Assembly (NCBI RefSeq): GCF_009914755.1
Contig: NC_060927.1
Origin: the human T2T-CHM13v2.0 reference genome, Homo sapiens
Length of the DNA: 64,000 bases
Strand: one strand, 5' to 3'
A program made the position numbers and the translations under genes. The notes beneath the pieces were generated by a model. That model was given only the letters and a program-made list of their open reading frames with translations, did no database searches and was not told the DNA's origin. Positions 13,766 through 27,211 of this stretch are shown here, piece after piece. The number at the start of each line of letters is the position of its first letter. Positions within the stretch are counted from its first letter, which is position 1.

Positions 13766-16745
13766 TTAGATTGGGAGAAAATTCAGCAATTGTTTGTTCA
13801 GGACAACTCTACCCCCAAATTGTCAAGACCTCCAGGGATTTCCATTCCTGAAAGAATTCATCTTGCTTCCCAAGTGCACCTTTGAGGATACTGGAGAGGA
13901 CTGTTGGACTTATCCAGTCCACTTTTAAGCAGCTGCTCATTCTGTTGCAGCCTTTTGGTCAGCTGGTTGAACACTTCTTACTCACTGGCTCCCCACTGCA
14001 GTGCAGACGTCCAGCTGCTGCACAGGTAGCATGATTGTGTTATGCTTGCATACTAGCATTACAGCTCTTTTAGTTCATTCATACTCTTATACTGGACCAT
14101 TGCCCAAAGGCATCACTTTTATGCCTAAGGAATCTGCGGCTCTGGACAGATGCTGCATGAAACCCCATGGACCAGCAAATCCCAGGTATTATGTTGGCCC
14201 TTAGTTCAGCATCCCATTTCCATTACTTTTCTTTCTGTAAAACTCAGCTGTTACTAAGCTAACAATTTCCAGAGCTTCTAGAATATCTACTCTTCAAAGG
14301 GAAGGGATTGCTTTCCTCCAATAAGCTTCTTGCCCTTCAAGCCAGAGTACCAGCTTCCTTTCCAGTTCTGAACTCAGTATTCCATGTCATTGAGGAGGAA
14401 GCTACAAAAGGATGTTACAACAGGGCAAAGAATGACTCCCAAACTTATATTTGAGTAATAACAAAGACCACTTTTGTATTTAGGGAAAAGACAAAGATCT
14501 GCTTCCAGCTAACTTCTCGATACAAAGCTTGACTGGTAGCTATGCCTGCAGAGGTTTAAATTTCATCTCAACAGGAACTTTACTCCATGCAGACACATAA
14601 GTATATATGTGATGAATATTATTGATCTACTTTATATTTTTGCATTTTACAATCTCCAATAGCATAGATCCTTTTCTATCATCACCGAATAGTCAGCCTG
14701 GTAGGGAGAGTTGATGTTTTGATGCCATCTCATTATGAGACATTTTACTACTCCAAGTTCCAATGTGGAACTATGTATATAAATAATATATACAAGGATT
14801 TCATGCTTCTAAATGGCTCCAACAAAATCTCTAAATTTGATTCACCTCAGTTAATGAGTCTCTTCCCTATCCAGATTGTTCTTTGTGTGACATTATTTTA
14901 AAGTTTGCTAAAATCCTTATGCCTTGTGAAAGAGCCATGACATTTCCAGCTTAGGTGGTTTGTCCTGTTGTCCTTGGCTAAATTCTCTTTATAGCCTAGT
15001 TAAAACCTGGACACCTGGGAGTTTAAATTATCCCTGTAGGATATTAGTATATTAGCTACCGATAAAAATGAAATTTATATGAGGCATCTGTTTACATTGA
15101 GCATCCCATAAAACTGTGCCAGAGAATTCAAAGGAAAAGGCTTTCAAATGAAGGTTTCATAGCCAGGAGCAAAAGGCTTTTGAGAGTGGCATCTAATGAA
15201 ATTAGATAACTAATTTTCATTTTATATATTTAAAAGAATTTTTAATAGACATAGGATCTTGCTTTTTCCCAAAATGGTGGTCTAGAATACACAAATGATT
15301 TCAAGAATTCTTCTATGTTCACATTAGCTGTTTCAGTTTTATTTATTTTATAATTACTTGATTCCAAGTGAAAATAAGGGAACAGAGTTTTAAGCATTAA
15401 TCTGTTCTTGTGCCATTGAGGACTTGGTGAGTAGGAGAAGCAGAAATTCCAGTGTTATCAAATAGTGAGAGATCTTATGAAGTCAGTGTGTAAAAGTAGT
15501 GAAAGGAGTAAAGTTGCACACAAGGACAGGTCTCAGCCTAGGAAAGGGTATGTTAAAAATAGGTCATTTTGAAAGTCTTCAGTAACAGTCAGGTTTCCAG
15601 ACTAGTTCACTCTATTTCTAGCATTCTTTGGTTGCAAGTAGCTGTACCTGACTTCAAAAGGAAAAAAGGAGTGGAAGGAAATTCATTTTTAAGATGTGTG
15701 ATAACTCACAGATATAAAGGAAGAGCTGAAGAACTGAGCCTTGAAATTGACAGAGGCCAGGGCAATGTAGATGTTATACACAAAATACTTAACAACAGGT
15801 ACAGTGCAGATACTGACCAAATGGAATGGATACCTATGTGAAAAATGAGTACAGTCATAGCAGAGTATATTGACTCAAGATGAGCCCTGCATTTGGGAAG
15901 TTGGACCCAGTAGACTATCTCTTAAGGGAATTCTCATGGAAAGGAGACAGTGACAACTCTTCTTTCCTGTTGCCACTTCCTTTAAGATGAAGAGTTCATT
16001 ATTTCAGCTTGGGTTTTTGCTTACAGCTTGTCAAGGAGAGGGCACGGCAACTAGATCTACATTCCACCAAATCTGTTGGCGATAATGGAAAGATAGTTTT
16101 CAAGGGAAAAATCAAGGTGCAACTATCAAAAAACTGAGATTGGACAAAACAAACACCACCAAATTCTATATAAACTTCAATAATTGTAATGGAAATTACT
16201 TGGTCCTTCCCATTTAGCTGAATCACCTACTGTCACCTGTATGGAACTCTTCTCCTTACTTAATCACATTATTTTTCCTCTTGATCTAACCTTTCTTCTA
16301 GTCTTTCCCTTCTTCTTCATTCCATAGTGTTCCAATTGTACTGTGAATTGAATAGATTTGAAGAGTGCTAGAAGTCTTAAGCTAAGGATATAAGCATCAC
16401 TATGACATTATATCTCTGAGAAAATATGTTTTGTTTTATAAATAACAGAATGAGTTGTTTCAGGAAGATCATGTGTCTCTTGATGCAAAAGTGATAGCTC
16501 CAAAGAGGTTACAAAAAAACATGGTAATCTTCTTAGTATTTTTCCTTTAAATAGTGTGATTGTCTTGAATGTAGTGTAGAGATTTCCAAATCAGGGAAAG
16601 ACTTTTCTTTCCAGTTGAGTTTTCCCATCCCTTTCAGGCATAGGCCAATCTTGTCACTTATATTCACAGGTACTTGTATGTTGGAAAGTATCAATACATA
16701 AATACTTTTTGATAGCCAGGGTTATTCAGTTTAAGAACTGGTACA

Positions 16746-17050
16746 GGCCGGCTGAGGTGGCTCATGCCTGTAATCCCAGCTTTTTGGGAGGCCGAGGCGG
16801 GCAGATTACGAGGTCAGGAGATCAAGACCATCCTGGCTAACACGGTGAAACCCCGTCTCTACTAAAAAATACAAAAAAAAAAAAAAAGTAGCCAGGTGTG
16901 GTGGCGGGTGCCTGTAGTCCCAGCTAATCAGGAGGCTGAGGCAGGAGAATGGCGTGAACCCAGGAGGCAGAGCTTGCAGTAAGCTGAGATAGCACCACTG
17001 CACTACAGCCTGGGTGACAGACAGAAACTCTGTCTAAAAAAAAAAAAAAA
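16746..17050 (+). mobile_element. AluY, full length, with expanded A-linker
   Basis: Y diagnostics gagatcaagaccatcctggctaacacgg and gagaatggcgtgaacc...gagcttgcagt; TSD aagaactggtaca (16733) / aggaactggtaca (17050). Confidence 0.95.
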
Positions 17051-17179
17051 GGAACTGGTACATAGGGAATATAGATAACGCTAGCTGCCATGGGGCAAGC
17101 CTTTTTACAGGGGCTTAACATATATAATGTCAACACTGAATCATGCTTTAATTTCATCCACCTCAAAAAGCCTTCATTT

Positions 17180-18670
17180 GACTCTACTTTTCACAGAATT
17201 TATCATTCCTTTTTTTTTCATTTTCAGCAAAACTTCTTGATAAAGGCATCTATTCTTATTTTCTCAAAAATTTCTCTTATTATTGTTTTTTAAACTTGGC
17301 ATAGTTAGGCATCCTCCACCCCCATCACCATTCCAGCAAAACTGCTCTTATCAAATTAACAATGATCTTTATGTATCCAAATCAGTTCTCAGTCCTTTTC
17401 TTCCTATACAACCTACTGGCAGCATTTGTAGTCACTGCTCCCTCCTTTCTTATAGATATGCTTTCTTGATTTGGCTTCCAGGGGTGTTCCCTTGAATTCT
17501 TTCCTCCTTCACTGGTTACTTATCTGTTCTCCTGATCTGTGGTCATCTTCTCTCTCTAGCTCTACTCACTTGCCTGTTGATTTTATCCAGTCCCATGGCT
17601 TTAGATATTTCTGAATGCTGATGACTCCAGAGTTGAAATACCCAATTCAGATATCTTTTTTGAGCCCTAGTCTCATAGATCCAATTGTACATTGGACATC
17701 TTTTCTTGAGTGTTTAATAGACCTCTGAAACTGGTTTTGCCTAACTTAGTTCCTAATCTCGCTGCCCTGAAACTTGCTCAACCCATAGTCTTCTTCATTC
17801 AAGCTAATGGCAATTCCATTCTTCCAGTTGCCCAGCCACAAAATCTAGAGATCTTCATTCTCTCCCCTATCTTTTACATGTAATATTCAATACATCAGGA
17901 AATCTTATGAGCTTTACTTTTAACTTAGATCTACATTTTTACAACTTCTCATCATTCTACCGTTTTTTGGTTGCTTTACTCCTCTTCCATATTCTGCCTC
18001 TAAACCAGTTGTTCCACTACTATCCTGTGTCCTCCCAGTTGAAAAAATTTCAATACAGCAGTCAAAGGATTTTCCAAAAGCATCAATTGGATTACATCAC
18101 TGCCTTCTTAAAACTCTACAAAAGGGTCTCTGTTTCCTTCAGAATCAAAGTCCTCACAATGGCCTTTAAGGCCCTATGTTATCTGGTTCCTATCGCCCTT
18201 CTCACCTTTTCCCTACTAGTTTCTTCAATACTTATTTCCAGCCACACTGGCCTCCTTGCTGTTAGAGTTTTTACTTATCTGATCCTGATGCTTGTAATGC
18301 TCTTCCCCTCCTATTCCCACTTGACTGACTTACAGACCCTCCTCAGGATTTTGCACTAATCTCATGTCTCAGTGAGCCCCACCCTGATCATCACATTGCA
18401 CACTGAAGCATGGTCTGCCTTCCTTTCAACTCAAAAAACTTCCTGCCAAACTTTCAAACCCCTTTCTTTTTCTTTTTTGCTATAGCATTTATAACCATTT
18501 AGTGTGCCATTCAAATTATTTATTTTATTTATTATGTATCATTTGTCTTCTCCCACCACAACTCAACCTCCATGGGGCAGAGATTTCTATTTGTTTTGCT
18601 CACTAATGTATTCCCATGTGCCTAGAACAGTGCCTGGGACTATCCAAAAATATTTCTTTGCATGAATAAA
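17180..18670 (+). mobile_element. L2 (L2a-like) 3' ~1.5 kb
   Basis: L2 ORF2-end motifs (aaactgctcttatcaa, cccatggctttagata, aatggcaattccattcttccagttg, cacactggcctccttgctgtt) and 3' end tgcctagaacagtgcctgg...tgaataaa. Confidence 0.8.
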
Positions 18671-18699
18671 ACAAATACATCGAATACATGATTTCAACT

Positions 18700-19140
18700 T
18701 AAAGAAATCCTAGTGGACATGAAGTACTATCCTCCTTTTAAAAAAGAGGAGACTTAGATTCGGAGAGATTAAGAATCAAGAAAGTTCACAGAGCTAGTAA
18801 GTGTGGAACTGGGATTCTAAACAGGTTTATATATCTCTAAAGTCCTTGCTTTTATTCAGAAAGATTTTCTTTTACTCACTTTTTGATGTAGTTCTCTCCA
18901 AGGATTGTTTAAGAAGGAGTAGGCAGAGGTGAAGCTAGCCAACATTTAGTCTAGTATCTTTTCTTAAATTTAATTATTATATCTCAGTTAATCCCCAAAA
19001 TATCTCTTCAAATTATGAGCTTATTCCTATTTGCAGATAAAAATCTGAAGTTCAAAGAACTTAAACAATTAAATGACCTGTGTAATGCCACTCTATTAAT
19101 GGCACAGCATTTTGAGTTCAGGCTTTTGATTCCAACACTC
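18700..19140 (-). mobile_element. MIR fragments
   Basis: gaggagacttagattcggagagattaag...ttcacagagctagtaagtg; ttgcagataaaaatctgaagttcaaaga. Confidence 0.55.
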
Positions 19141-22100
19141 TATCATGGGACATTTCCAATATATGAACTTGTAAAATAAAATTGTGGGACGAGATACCTG
19201 AATTGCAAGGAAAGAGAAATACTTCAAGGAATGAAAAATGTAAAGCCTTCTCCCTGAAGCTTCTATTGAGCCAGAAGGAAAAATGTGAGCCCTGGCTGGA
19301 GGGTGGACATAAGCTTAATAAAAAACAAAATCAAAAAAGTTATGTTGCAATTTGTTGTTTGAGAGCCAAGCTTCAATGTTGCAGGCAAGGCAGTGTGGAG
19401 TTAATTCTTTTTGTTAAAAAACTGAACTGCAGCTATGTTTTCTCCAGAAATTTTGTAGCTTCTAAAGCTTTCAACTATTTCTAATGACGGCATTAAAGGG
19501 GATGGGAGAGAAAATATCAGATCTCATTTAGACCTCAAGTGGTAACGTAGTAAAGTGAACTTGCTTCACATTTGCACTGCGGCTTCCTTGCTTATCTCTC
19601 TCTTTCTTTCTCTGATTCTCAGCTGTAGGTGACATTGTCGTGGCCACACTGAAAATCTTCACCTGCTCTGTCATCTCTGAATTTATGTTGCACTTTTTGG
19701 TATCAGCCCCAGTGATCTTCTCTCTTTCTCTCTCTCTCTTTTTTTTTTTTTTTTGCCTTTGCACCTTTTTGCTCATTCACTTCCTGACAACATAATACTA
19801 ATTTTCATTCTGAAACTGTATTTAGCCCTCTTCACTATTGCCAGTAATTCAAAACCAATAATTCCCCAGACTGCTTAAATTCAAGGAACCACACTAAATT
19901 TCCAGGTTGCTATAATGATTTTCTTTGAGAAATCCAAAATAAACCTTCTCACCATGTTTCTGCACATAGAATGGACACTTTATAGTATCTTCCATCTTTA
20001 TGAACTCTCAGGATCTCCATAGGTCTGTGTACGGCAATCACAACTCTTAGTTTATTTTCCTGATAGTGACCTCAATAATCAAAAACTCCTTCCATTGTGG
20101 AAGCCCAGGAAAACTGCAAAAATAGTCACTTTGCTGAATGGAAATGAATTACATTTTGGACAGAATTGAGTGAAAGGTTACATTTGAAAATTTGCCCTGT
20201 CTTTAAATTTTGCCATCACAGTTGTAGTACTTCTGGCTGGGTAAGATTTTAATCTATGAGGATATTTCCATATTGTATATTTGAACAAACCACCAGTCGT
20301 GAACATTTAGTTGTGCTGAATACACTGGAGCTATCAGCATGCTGTCTGAGCCAGTTGGACTACTTCTTCACATTTTATGTTAATAGTGGTTCTGGATTAG
20401 CCAGACATGTTTTGATTTTTTAAGAATTTATGTATGCAGAACTGGACAACCATAAATTCAAAAGTACATAGAAATTATAAAATTAATTGTGAATCCCAAC
20501 TTGAAATATGTGTAGAATTCCATTACTGTGTAGAGTACAAAAATAAGTAGGAGAATAATAATTAGGATAAATATTAGTTGCATCATGCTCAGCAATTTTT
20601 AAATGGTTTCACATAATTATTTTACTTGATTTTTCAATATCCTCAGATAGTAAATTTGACATGTTTTTATCAGTTTCTTCATTTTACCAGTGAGGAAATT
20701 AAGAATAAATGAGTAAATAAAAAAACCTAAAAGGTCACAACTCTATAAGTAGAAAAGATATACACAAATATATATGCCCTTGACTCAAATTACATGCTCT
20801 TACTATTACATAATATTAGGACTTATAAACTAAAATCAAACAACTTTAAATGAATAATGATAACAAATTAGAATAAATATTAATAATCATTATATTAAAT
20901 ATTATGACTACAAGCCAGAAAATCAAAACATTAACATTAGTCTTTTGAAAAGACTGGCTTCAAAATGAACTTAAACAATTTGCTTTCTGTGAATTAAACA
21001 CTGAAGTGTACAAAACAATTTAAAAAATGATCATAGCCGTTTTTTTACAGATTAGAGAAAAGATGCAATCATGTTCCTTTGGCCTTTGGAGGAGGAAGAG
21101 AAAAAAACTGCATTTTTCCTATGGCTAGCAAAACTGCTGAAAATGGATGAGTCGTCAATTTTGATAAGATCCATGACTGGTATCATAATTTGCAGTGATT
21201 CATCTGTGATTTTTTCCCCTTCCAAAATAAGGTCTGAAACAAAACCAAAGCCTTGGGAAAAAGATAACAACTGGCATTTTTATCTCTTTTGTGTGTTCGT
21301 ATGTGTATAAAATGGAACTTATGATAGATTTAGAATACATTTGATTCTGGCACAGTAAGCGATCTTAAAGATCATCTGGTCCACCCCCTCACCGCCCTTC
21401 CCCCAAATTCTAGGTTGAAGAAAATAAGGCCTCAGGGAAAGTCCTTCCAACTAATTCTTGATAAACCTAGGAACAAAATTCAATGCCTGTTCAGCTACAC
21501 TAATTGTTCCTGGGATATAATATTTCTTCTTCATGGCTTATTTTTAAAAATTAGAAAAAGAACAAATGTTATCCCTCTACCTTCCATCATGTTTAGCCAT
21601 TCTTCTTTACTCTAATGGTATGGAATTTGACATTATAGTTTATAGATAAATGTATGTTTCACAAACACTATAAATTACTCCATATTATGATGCTTTATTC
21701 TCTCTCTTTTATTTGTGCCTGTGTTTCTTAGTAAAACCAAAACTCACATCCTCATGTGAACCTACAATCCCCAGGCATTCAACTCTATACTACCTAAGTT
21801 CACTAGATATATTTTTTAAAGTTTCTCCTTTATTAAATTTGCAATTAAAAATCAATTCTGAATCTTTGAGTTTTTTCAAAAAGGAAGCCCAAAGATTGGA
21901 AGGAGAAAAACAATAGTACTGTTTTTGTATTTTTCTCACTAGCTTTTAGGCATTGTTTAGACAATGACCTAGAGGAATCATTCTGACTACTGGTAATTTT
22001 TGCTGTAGCAAAATTTCTCAAATGAACGTCTCTGTTGAGATTTTTCTCAGTTCAATTGCATTTCTGAACAGGATATATTATCTGTTTTCATCATATTTGG

Positions 22101-22507
22101 AGGTACCATTTTAGATGGATGCAAATCTCAATAGATGCTGAAGAATCATTGACACTTTGGATTTGTGTGTGCACATGCCAGTTACCCGCTCTTTGCCCAC
22201 CACCTCTGTTCTTCATAATAAGAAAGGATAAAAGGAAATGAGAAAATGAACAGTGAAAATAATATTTTTTTCTTCTGTTTCCCTTCTTATTTGGTCTGTG
22301 GCTTTTTAGAATGGTAGTTCTTTGTAATCAGATATCACACCTTTCTAGACATTTCATTCATCACCAAGAACTGTGTAGACGTCCAAAGCATAACAACAGC
22401 AATTATATAATAATGCTAATACTCAATTCTATATAACTTTGTGACATACCAAATTCCCAGCTCCAAATTTCTATTGGTTAAAGTTTTGAACCCATGTTTG
22501 GAACTAC

Positions 22508-23190
22508 AGGCATGCACCTCAGAGAAATAGAGGGTTTGGTTCAAGACCACCACAATAAAATGAATATTGAAATGAATCAAATCACATGAATTTTTTGCTT
22601 CCCAGTGCATACAAAATTATATTTAAATTATCCTGTAATCCATTATGTTTACCATAGCATTATACCTACAGAAACAATGTATGTATCTTAATTAAAAAAC
22701 ACTTAGCAGCTAAAAATTGCTGACAAACATCTGAGCCTTCAGCAAGTTGTAATCTTTTTGCTGGTGAAGGGTCTTGCCTCAATGTTGATGGCTGCTGAAT
22801 GATGAGGATGGTAGTAGCTGAAGCTTGGCTTGGCTGTTGCAATTCCTTAAAATAAGACAATAATAAAATGTGTCACATCGATTGACTCTTCCTTTTATGC
22901 AAGACTTCTCTGTAGCATGTGGTGCTGTTTGATAGGTTTTTACTCACAGTACAACTTCTTTCAAAATTGGAGTCAGTCTTCTCAAACCCTCCTGCTGCTT
23001 TATCTATTAAGTTTTTGTAGCATTCTAACTCCTTTGCTGTCATTTCAACAATGTACACAACATCTTCACCAGGAGTAGATTTCATCTCAAGAAACCACTT
23101 TATTTGTTCATCCATAAGAAGTGACTCTTCATCTGTTCAAGTTTTATCATGAGATTGCAGCAATTCAGCCACATCTTCAGGCTCCACTTC
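22508..23190 (-). mobile_element. Tigger1 3' portion (TcMar-Tigger), truncated at the MSTA insertion
   Basis: ta+caggcatgcacctcagaga TIR end; ORF 22873-23115 ([15 protein letters not shown]...[11 protein letters not shown]) is the Tigger1 transposase C-terminus. Confidence 0.88.
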
Positions 23191-23565
23191 AGATATAGTC
23201 TGGCTCTGTGTTCCTACCCAAATCTCACGTTGAATTGTAATTCCCAGTGTTGAGGGAGGGAACTGGTGGGAGATGGCTGGATAGTGGGGGCAGATTTCTC
23301 CCATGCTGTTCTCTTATGATAGTGAGGTCTCATGAAATGTGATGGTTTAAAGATATGTGGCCCTTTCCCCCACGCTTTTCTCTCTATCCTTCTCCATCAT
23401 GGTAAAACGTGCCTGCTTCCCCTTTGCTTTCCATCATGATTGTTAGTTTCCTGAGGCCTCCCAGCCATGCTTCCTATATGGCCTGTGGAGAATTAAATCT
23501 CTTTTCTTCATGAATTACCCAGTCTCAGGTAGTTCTTCATAGCAGTATGAAAATAGAGTAGTACA
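23191..23565 (+). mobile_element. MaLR 5' LTR, MSTA-like
   Basis: gatatagtctggctctgtgttcctacccaaatctcacgttgaattgtaa...attacccagtctcaggtagttcttcatagcagtatgaaaatagagtagtaca. Confidence 0.85.
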
Positions 23566-25158
23566 GAAAATTGGTACCAGGAAAGTGGGGCACTGCTATA
23601 GAGACACCTGAAAATGTGGAAGTGACTTTGAAACTGGGTAACTGGAGGAGGTTGCAACAGTTTGGACAGCTCAAAAGACAGAAAGATGTGGGAAAGTTTG
23701 GAACTTCCTAGAGACTTGTTGAATGGTTTTGACCAAAATGCTGATAGTGATATGGACAATGAAGTTCAGGCTGAGGTGGTCTCTGATGGGGATGAATAAC
23801 TTATTGGGAACTGGAGTAAAGGTCACTCTTGCTACACTTTAGCAAAGAGATTGGTGGCACTGTGCACCTGCCCTACAGATCTATGGAACTTTGAACTTGA
23901 GAGAGATGATTTAGGGTATCTGATAGAAGAAATTTCTAAGCAGCATGTGACCTAGCTGTTTCTGAAAGTATATGCTTATATGTGTGAACAAACAGATTAT
24001 CTGAAACTAGAATTTACATTTTAAAAAGAAACAGCATAAAAGCTTGGAAAATTTGCAGCTCAGCCATGTGGTAGAAAAGAAAAACCCATTTTCTGGGGAG
24101 AAAGTCAAGCCTGCTGCAGAAATTTGCATAAATGAAGAGGAGCCAAATGTTAATAGCCAAGACAATGAGAAAATTGTTTCCAGAGCATTTCAGAGACCTT
24201 CATAGTAGCCCCTCCCACCACATGCCCAGAGGCCTAGGAGGGAAAAATGGTTTCATGGGCCAGGCCCAGGGCTCAGCTGCTCTGTGAAGCTTTAGGACAT
24301 GGCACCTTGCATCCCAGCTGCACCAGCTCCAGCTGTGACTAAAAGAGGCCAAGGTATGTCTCAGGCCATGACTTCAGAGGGGGCAAGCACCAAGCCTTGG
24401 TAGCTTCCATATGGTGTTGGGCCTGCAGGTGTGCAGAAGGCAAGATTTGAGGTTTGGGAAGTGCTCTGCCTAGATTTCAGAGGATGAATAGAATTGCCTG
24501 AATGTCCAGGCAAAAGTCTGCTGCAGGGGCAGAGCCTCATGGAGAACTTCTACTGTGGTAGTATGCAGGGGAAAGGTGGGGTTGGAGCCCACACACATAG
24601 TCCCCACTAAGGCCCCAGCTAGTGGAGCTGTGAGAAGAGGGCCACCATCCTTCAGGCCCCAGAATAGTAGATTCACAAACAGCTTGCACCACGTTCATAA
24701 ATAATCCACAGGCACTGAATGCTAGCCCATGAAAGCAGCCAAGGGGTCTCTACCCTGCAGAGTCACAGGGGCAGAGCTGCCCAAGGCCTAGGAATCCCAC
24801 TCCTTGCATCAGAATGCCCTGGATATGAGACATGGAGTCAAAGGAGATTGTTTTGGTACTTTAAGATTTAATGACTACCCAGCTGGGTTTTGGACTTGCA
24901 TGGGGCCTTTAGCCCCTTTCTGTTGGCTGATTGCTCCATTTTAGAATGGAAGCATTTATCCAATGCCTGTACCCCCATTGCATCTTGGATATAACTAACA
25001 TGTTTTTGATTTTACAGGTAATAGGCAGAAGGGAGTTACCTTGTCTCAGATGAGACTTTGGACTTGGACTTTTGAGTTAATGCCGTAATAAGTTAAGACT
25101 TTGGGGGACTGTTGGGAAATTATGATTGGTTTTGAAATGTGAGAAGGACATGAGATTT
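23566..25158 (+). mobile_element. MaLR internal region (MST-int), 3' LTR missing
   Basis: aaattggtaccagg...aaaatgtggaagtgactttgaaactgggtaac...tttgaaatgtgagaaggacatgagattt. Confidence 0.88.
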
Positions 25159-25199
25159 TTGTTCTTCTGTACTTTCTTTCTTTAGTTGAGATCATACCT

Positions 25200-25483
25200 C
25201 TTGAGTGTCGGGTGCTTGGAAATTAATGCCCTTCAGAGCATCCTTCAACAAAGGTTGGTGGGTAACTCTGAGGATATGTCCCACATTGGCTCCCAGACTT
25301 CCCCAGTGGAATTAAGCTCCAACTGACCCAGCAGGAACTTGTTCCATAACCCTCTATTGGCTACCTAACTTTTGTCTCTTTCCCCGTTTCCCTTCTGTAC
25401 TTTCCTGGAATCATCGCCCTAATAAATTATTTGGACTTGAATCCATGTCTCAATATCTTCTGAAGGAAAATCCGAACTAATAG
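25200..25483 (+). mobile_element. ERVL LTR16-like 3' fragment
   Basis: ggctcccagacttccccagtggaattaagctcca...aataaattatttggacttgaatccatgtctca. Confidence 0.6.
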
Positions 25484-25989
25484 AGTTTGCTTCATAGAAA
25501 GAACCTGAATGAGTCAAGCCAGTGAATGAAAACACGTACACAGGTGTGTCCATGCATAGACATTAAGACTTCAGTATTAGCTTCTGTCTTTTTGGTCTCT
25601 TAAATAATTTTCTTTCATATATTTCTAATAGCAGTTTGCTGTCAAAAAGCTGAAGGAGATGCATAAAGCATCTTCAATCCAAGACAAGATCTAATAATGA
25701 GTATAGTTTCAATTTCAGCACACCTTACCTACCCCCCAACCCCGATTGTACTACACACTCTACCAGTCTCACCCCATGTCCCGTTGCTGGTCCCAAGACC
25801 TTCCCCTTGATCTGTGCTACAGCCCTTATGGCTGAGAGGGCCAGTGGGTAGAGTAATTTCAATTTAAATACTTTAGAGGCACAAATTATTGAATTACAGG
25901 TGTGTCAAAAGCACAGTTACATTGTTAACTTTGCGTGACTGATTGGTGTCTAGTTTCTCTGATTTTGACTGGTTTCTGAAATGCATGAC

Positions 25990-26292
25990 TTAAAGTCTTC
26001 TTTAGGTCTTTGCTCAAATTTGATCTTGTTAGTGAAACTTTTTCCAAAAACATCTTCAGAATTTTAAATTCCAAACCATCCTCAGTCCTCTCTACTCCCC
26101 ATTTCATTTTCATTCATAGAACTTGTTTGCAGCGGACATTTTCTATGTTGTTCTTTTATTTTGTTACTCTCTGTCTCCCTAATCAAGAAGTAAGCTCTAT
26201 GACGACAAGGATTTTTGTCTGTTTTATTCACACCTATGTTTCTACTACATAGGAAGCATTCAGTGTATATTTGTTGAATAAACAAGTGAATA
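25990..26292 (+). mobile_element. L2 3' end
   Basis: ctttaggtctttgctcaaat...tttttgtctgttttattcac...atatttgttgaataaa. Confidence 0.7.
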
Positions 26293-26626
26293 GATTTGGA
26301 TACTGAAAACCGTATATGTTAAAATAATCATGGCTACACATTCAGAAAATATGAAAGGCTGGGTAGTTGGTTGTACTTATAGCCAATTTTTTATTTGTTA
26401 GACCCTGGAAACCTGAATTCTGGCTGGAAACTATAGTCATTTTAGAGGTTGAGAATCTTCCTAACATCCTAACATGGATATTGAAATTGGGCAGATTAGC
26501 AAAGAGGCAATTTCTGTGGTTTATTAAATAATTGATGATTTTTAAAGATTTTATAAGCTTCCTTGTACTTTAATATTTTCTAAAACATTCAAGAATTCCC
26601 AAGTACAGCAAACAAGCAAACAAATA

Positions 26627-26828
26627 CAGGTTGAGTATCCCAAACCTGAAATGCACTCCAGAATTTTAGACTTTTTGAGTACTGACATGATGCTCAAAGG
26701 AAATGCTCATAGGATCATTTTTAATTTCGGATATTTGGATTGGGGGTGCTCAACCAGTAATCCAAAAAAATCTGAAAACTGAAACACTTCTTGGTCCCAA
26801 GCATTTCAGATAAGGGATTCTCAACCTG
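26627..26828 (+). mobile_element. Tigger4a/MER46-like MITE
   Basis: TIRs caggttgagtatccc / gggattctcaacctg, flanked by TA on both sides. Confidence 0.88.
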
Positions 26829-27211
26829 TAACAGCCAACAACAACAAGAAAACCTCCTCTGTTAACCTTTTACATGCAAGATTTCCTCTTTTGTCTTTAT
26901 TATGTTACTTTTATGGTCTGATTTGTGAATTTCCTCCAGCAACCTGTTGAATGCCTCATAATAAATAATGGTGCAGCAAAGTCAGGCTGCAATGGTTACA
27001 GGGAATAAAAGAGAACAGAGAATCCCACAACCTAGTAGTATTCATCACTTATCAGTATTTCATCATGGTACAACTGCTAGTGTCAGAAGCATACATGAGT
27101 ACACATTCTTTTTGTGCAAAATCTTGGACGGCGAGAGATTAAGCATTCCATTTGCACACTAATGAATCAATTAAAATTTACTATTTAAGTGATAATTAAG
27201 AATTATCACTT

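Noticed and set aside
17907-18359. 150-aa hydrophobic ORF
   Set aside because: It lies within the L2 relic; the Leu/Phe/Ser bias reflects pyrimidine-rich DNA.
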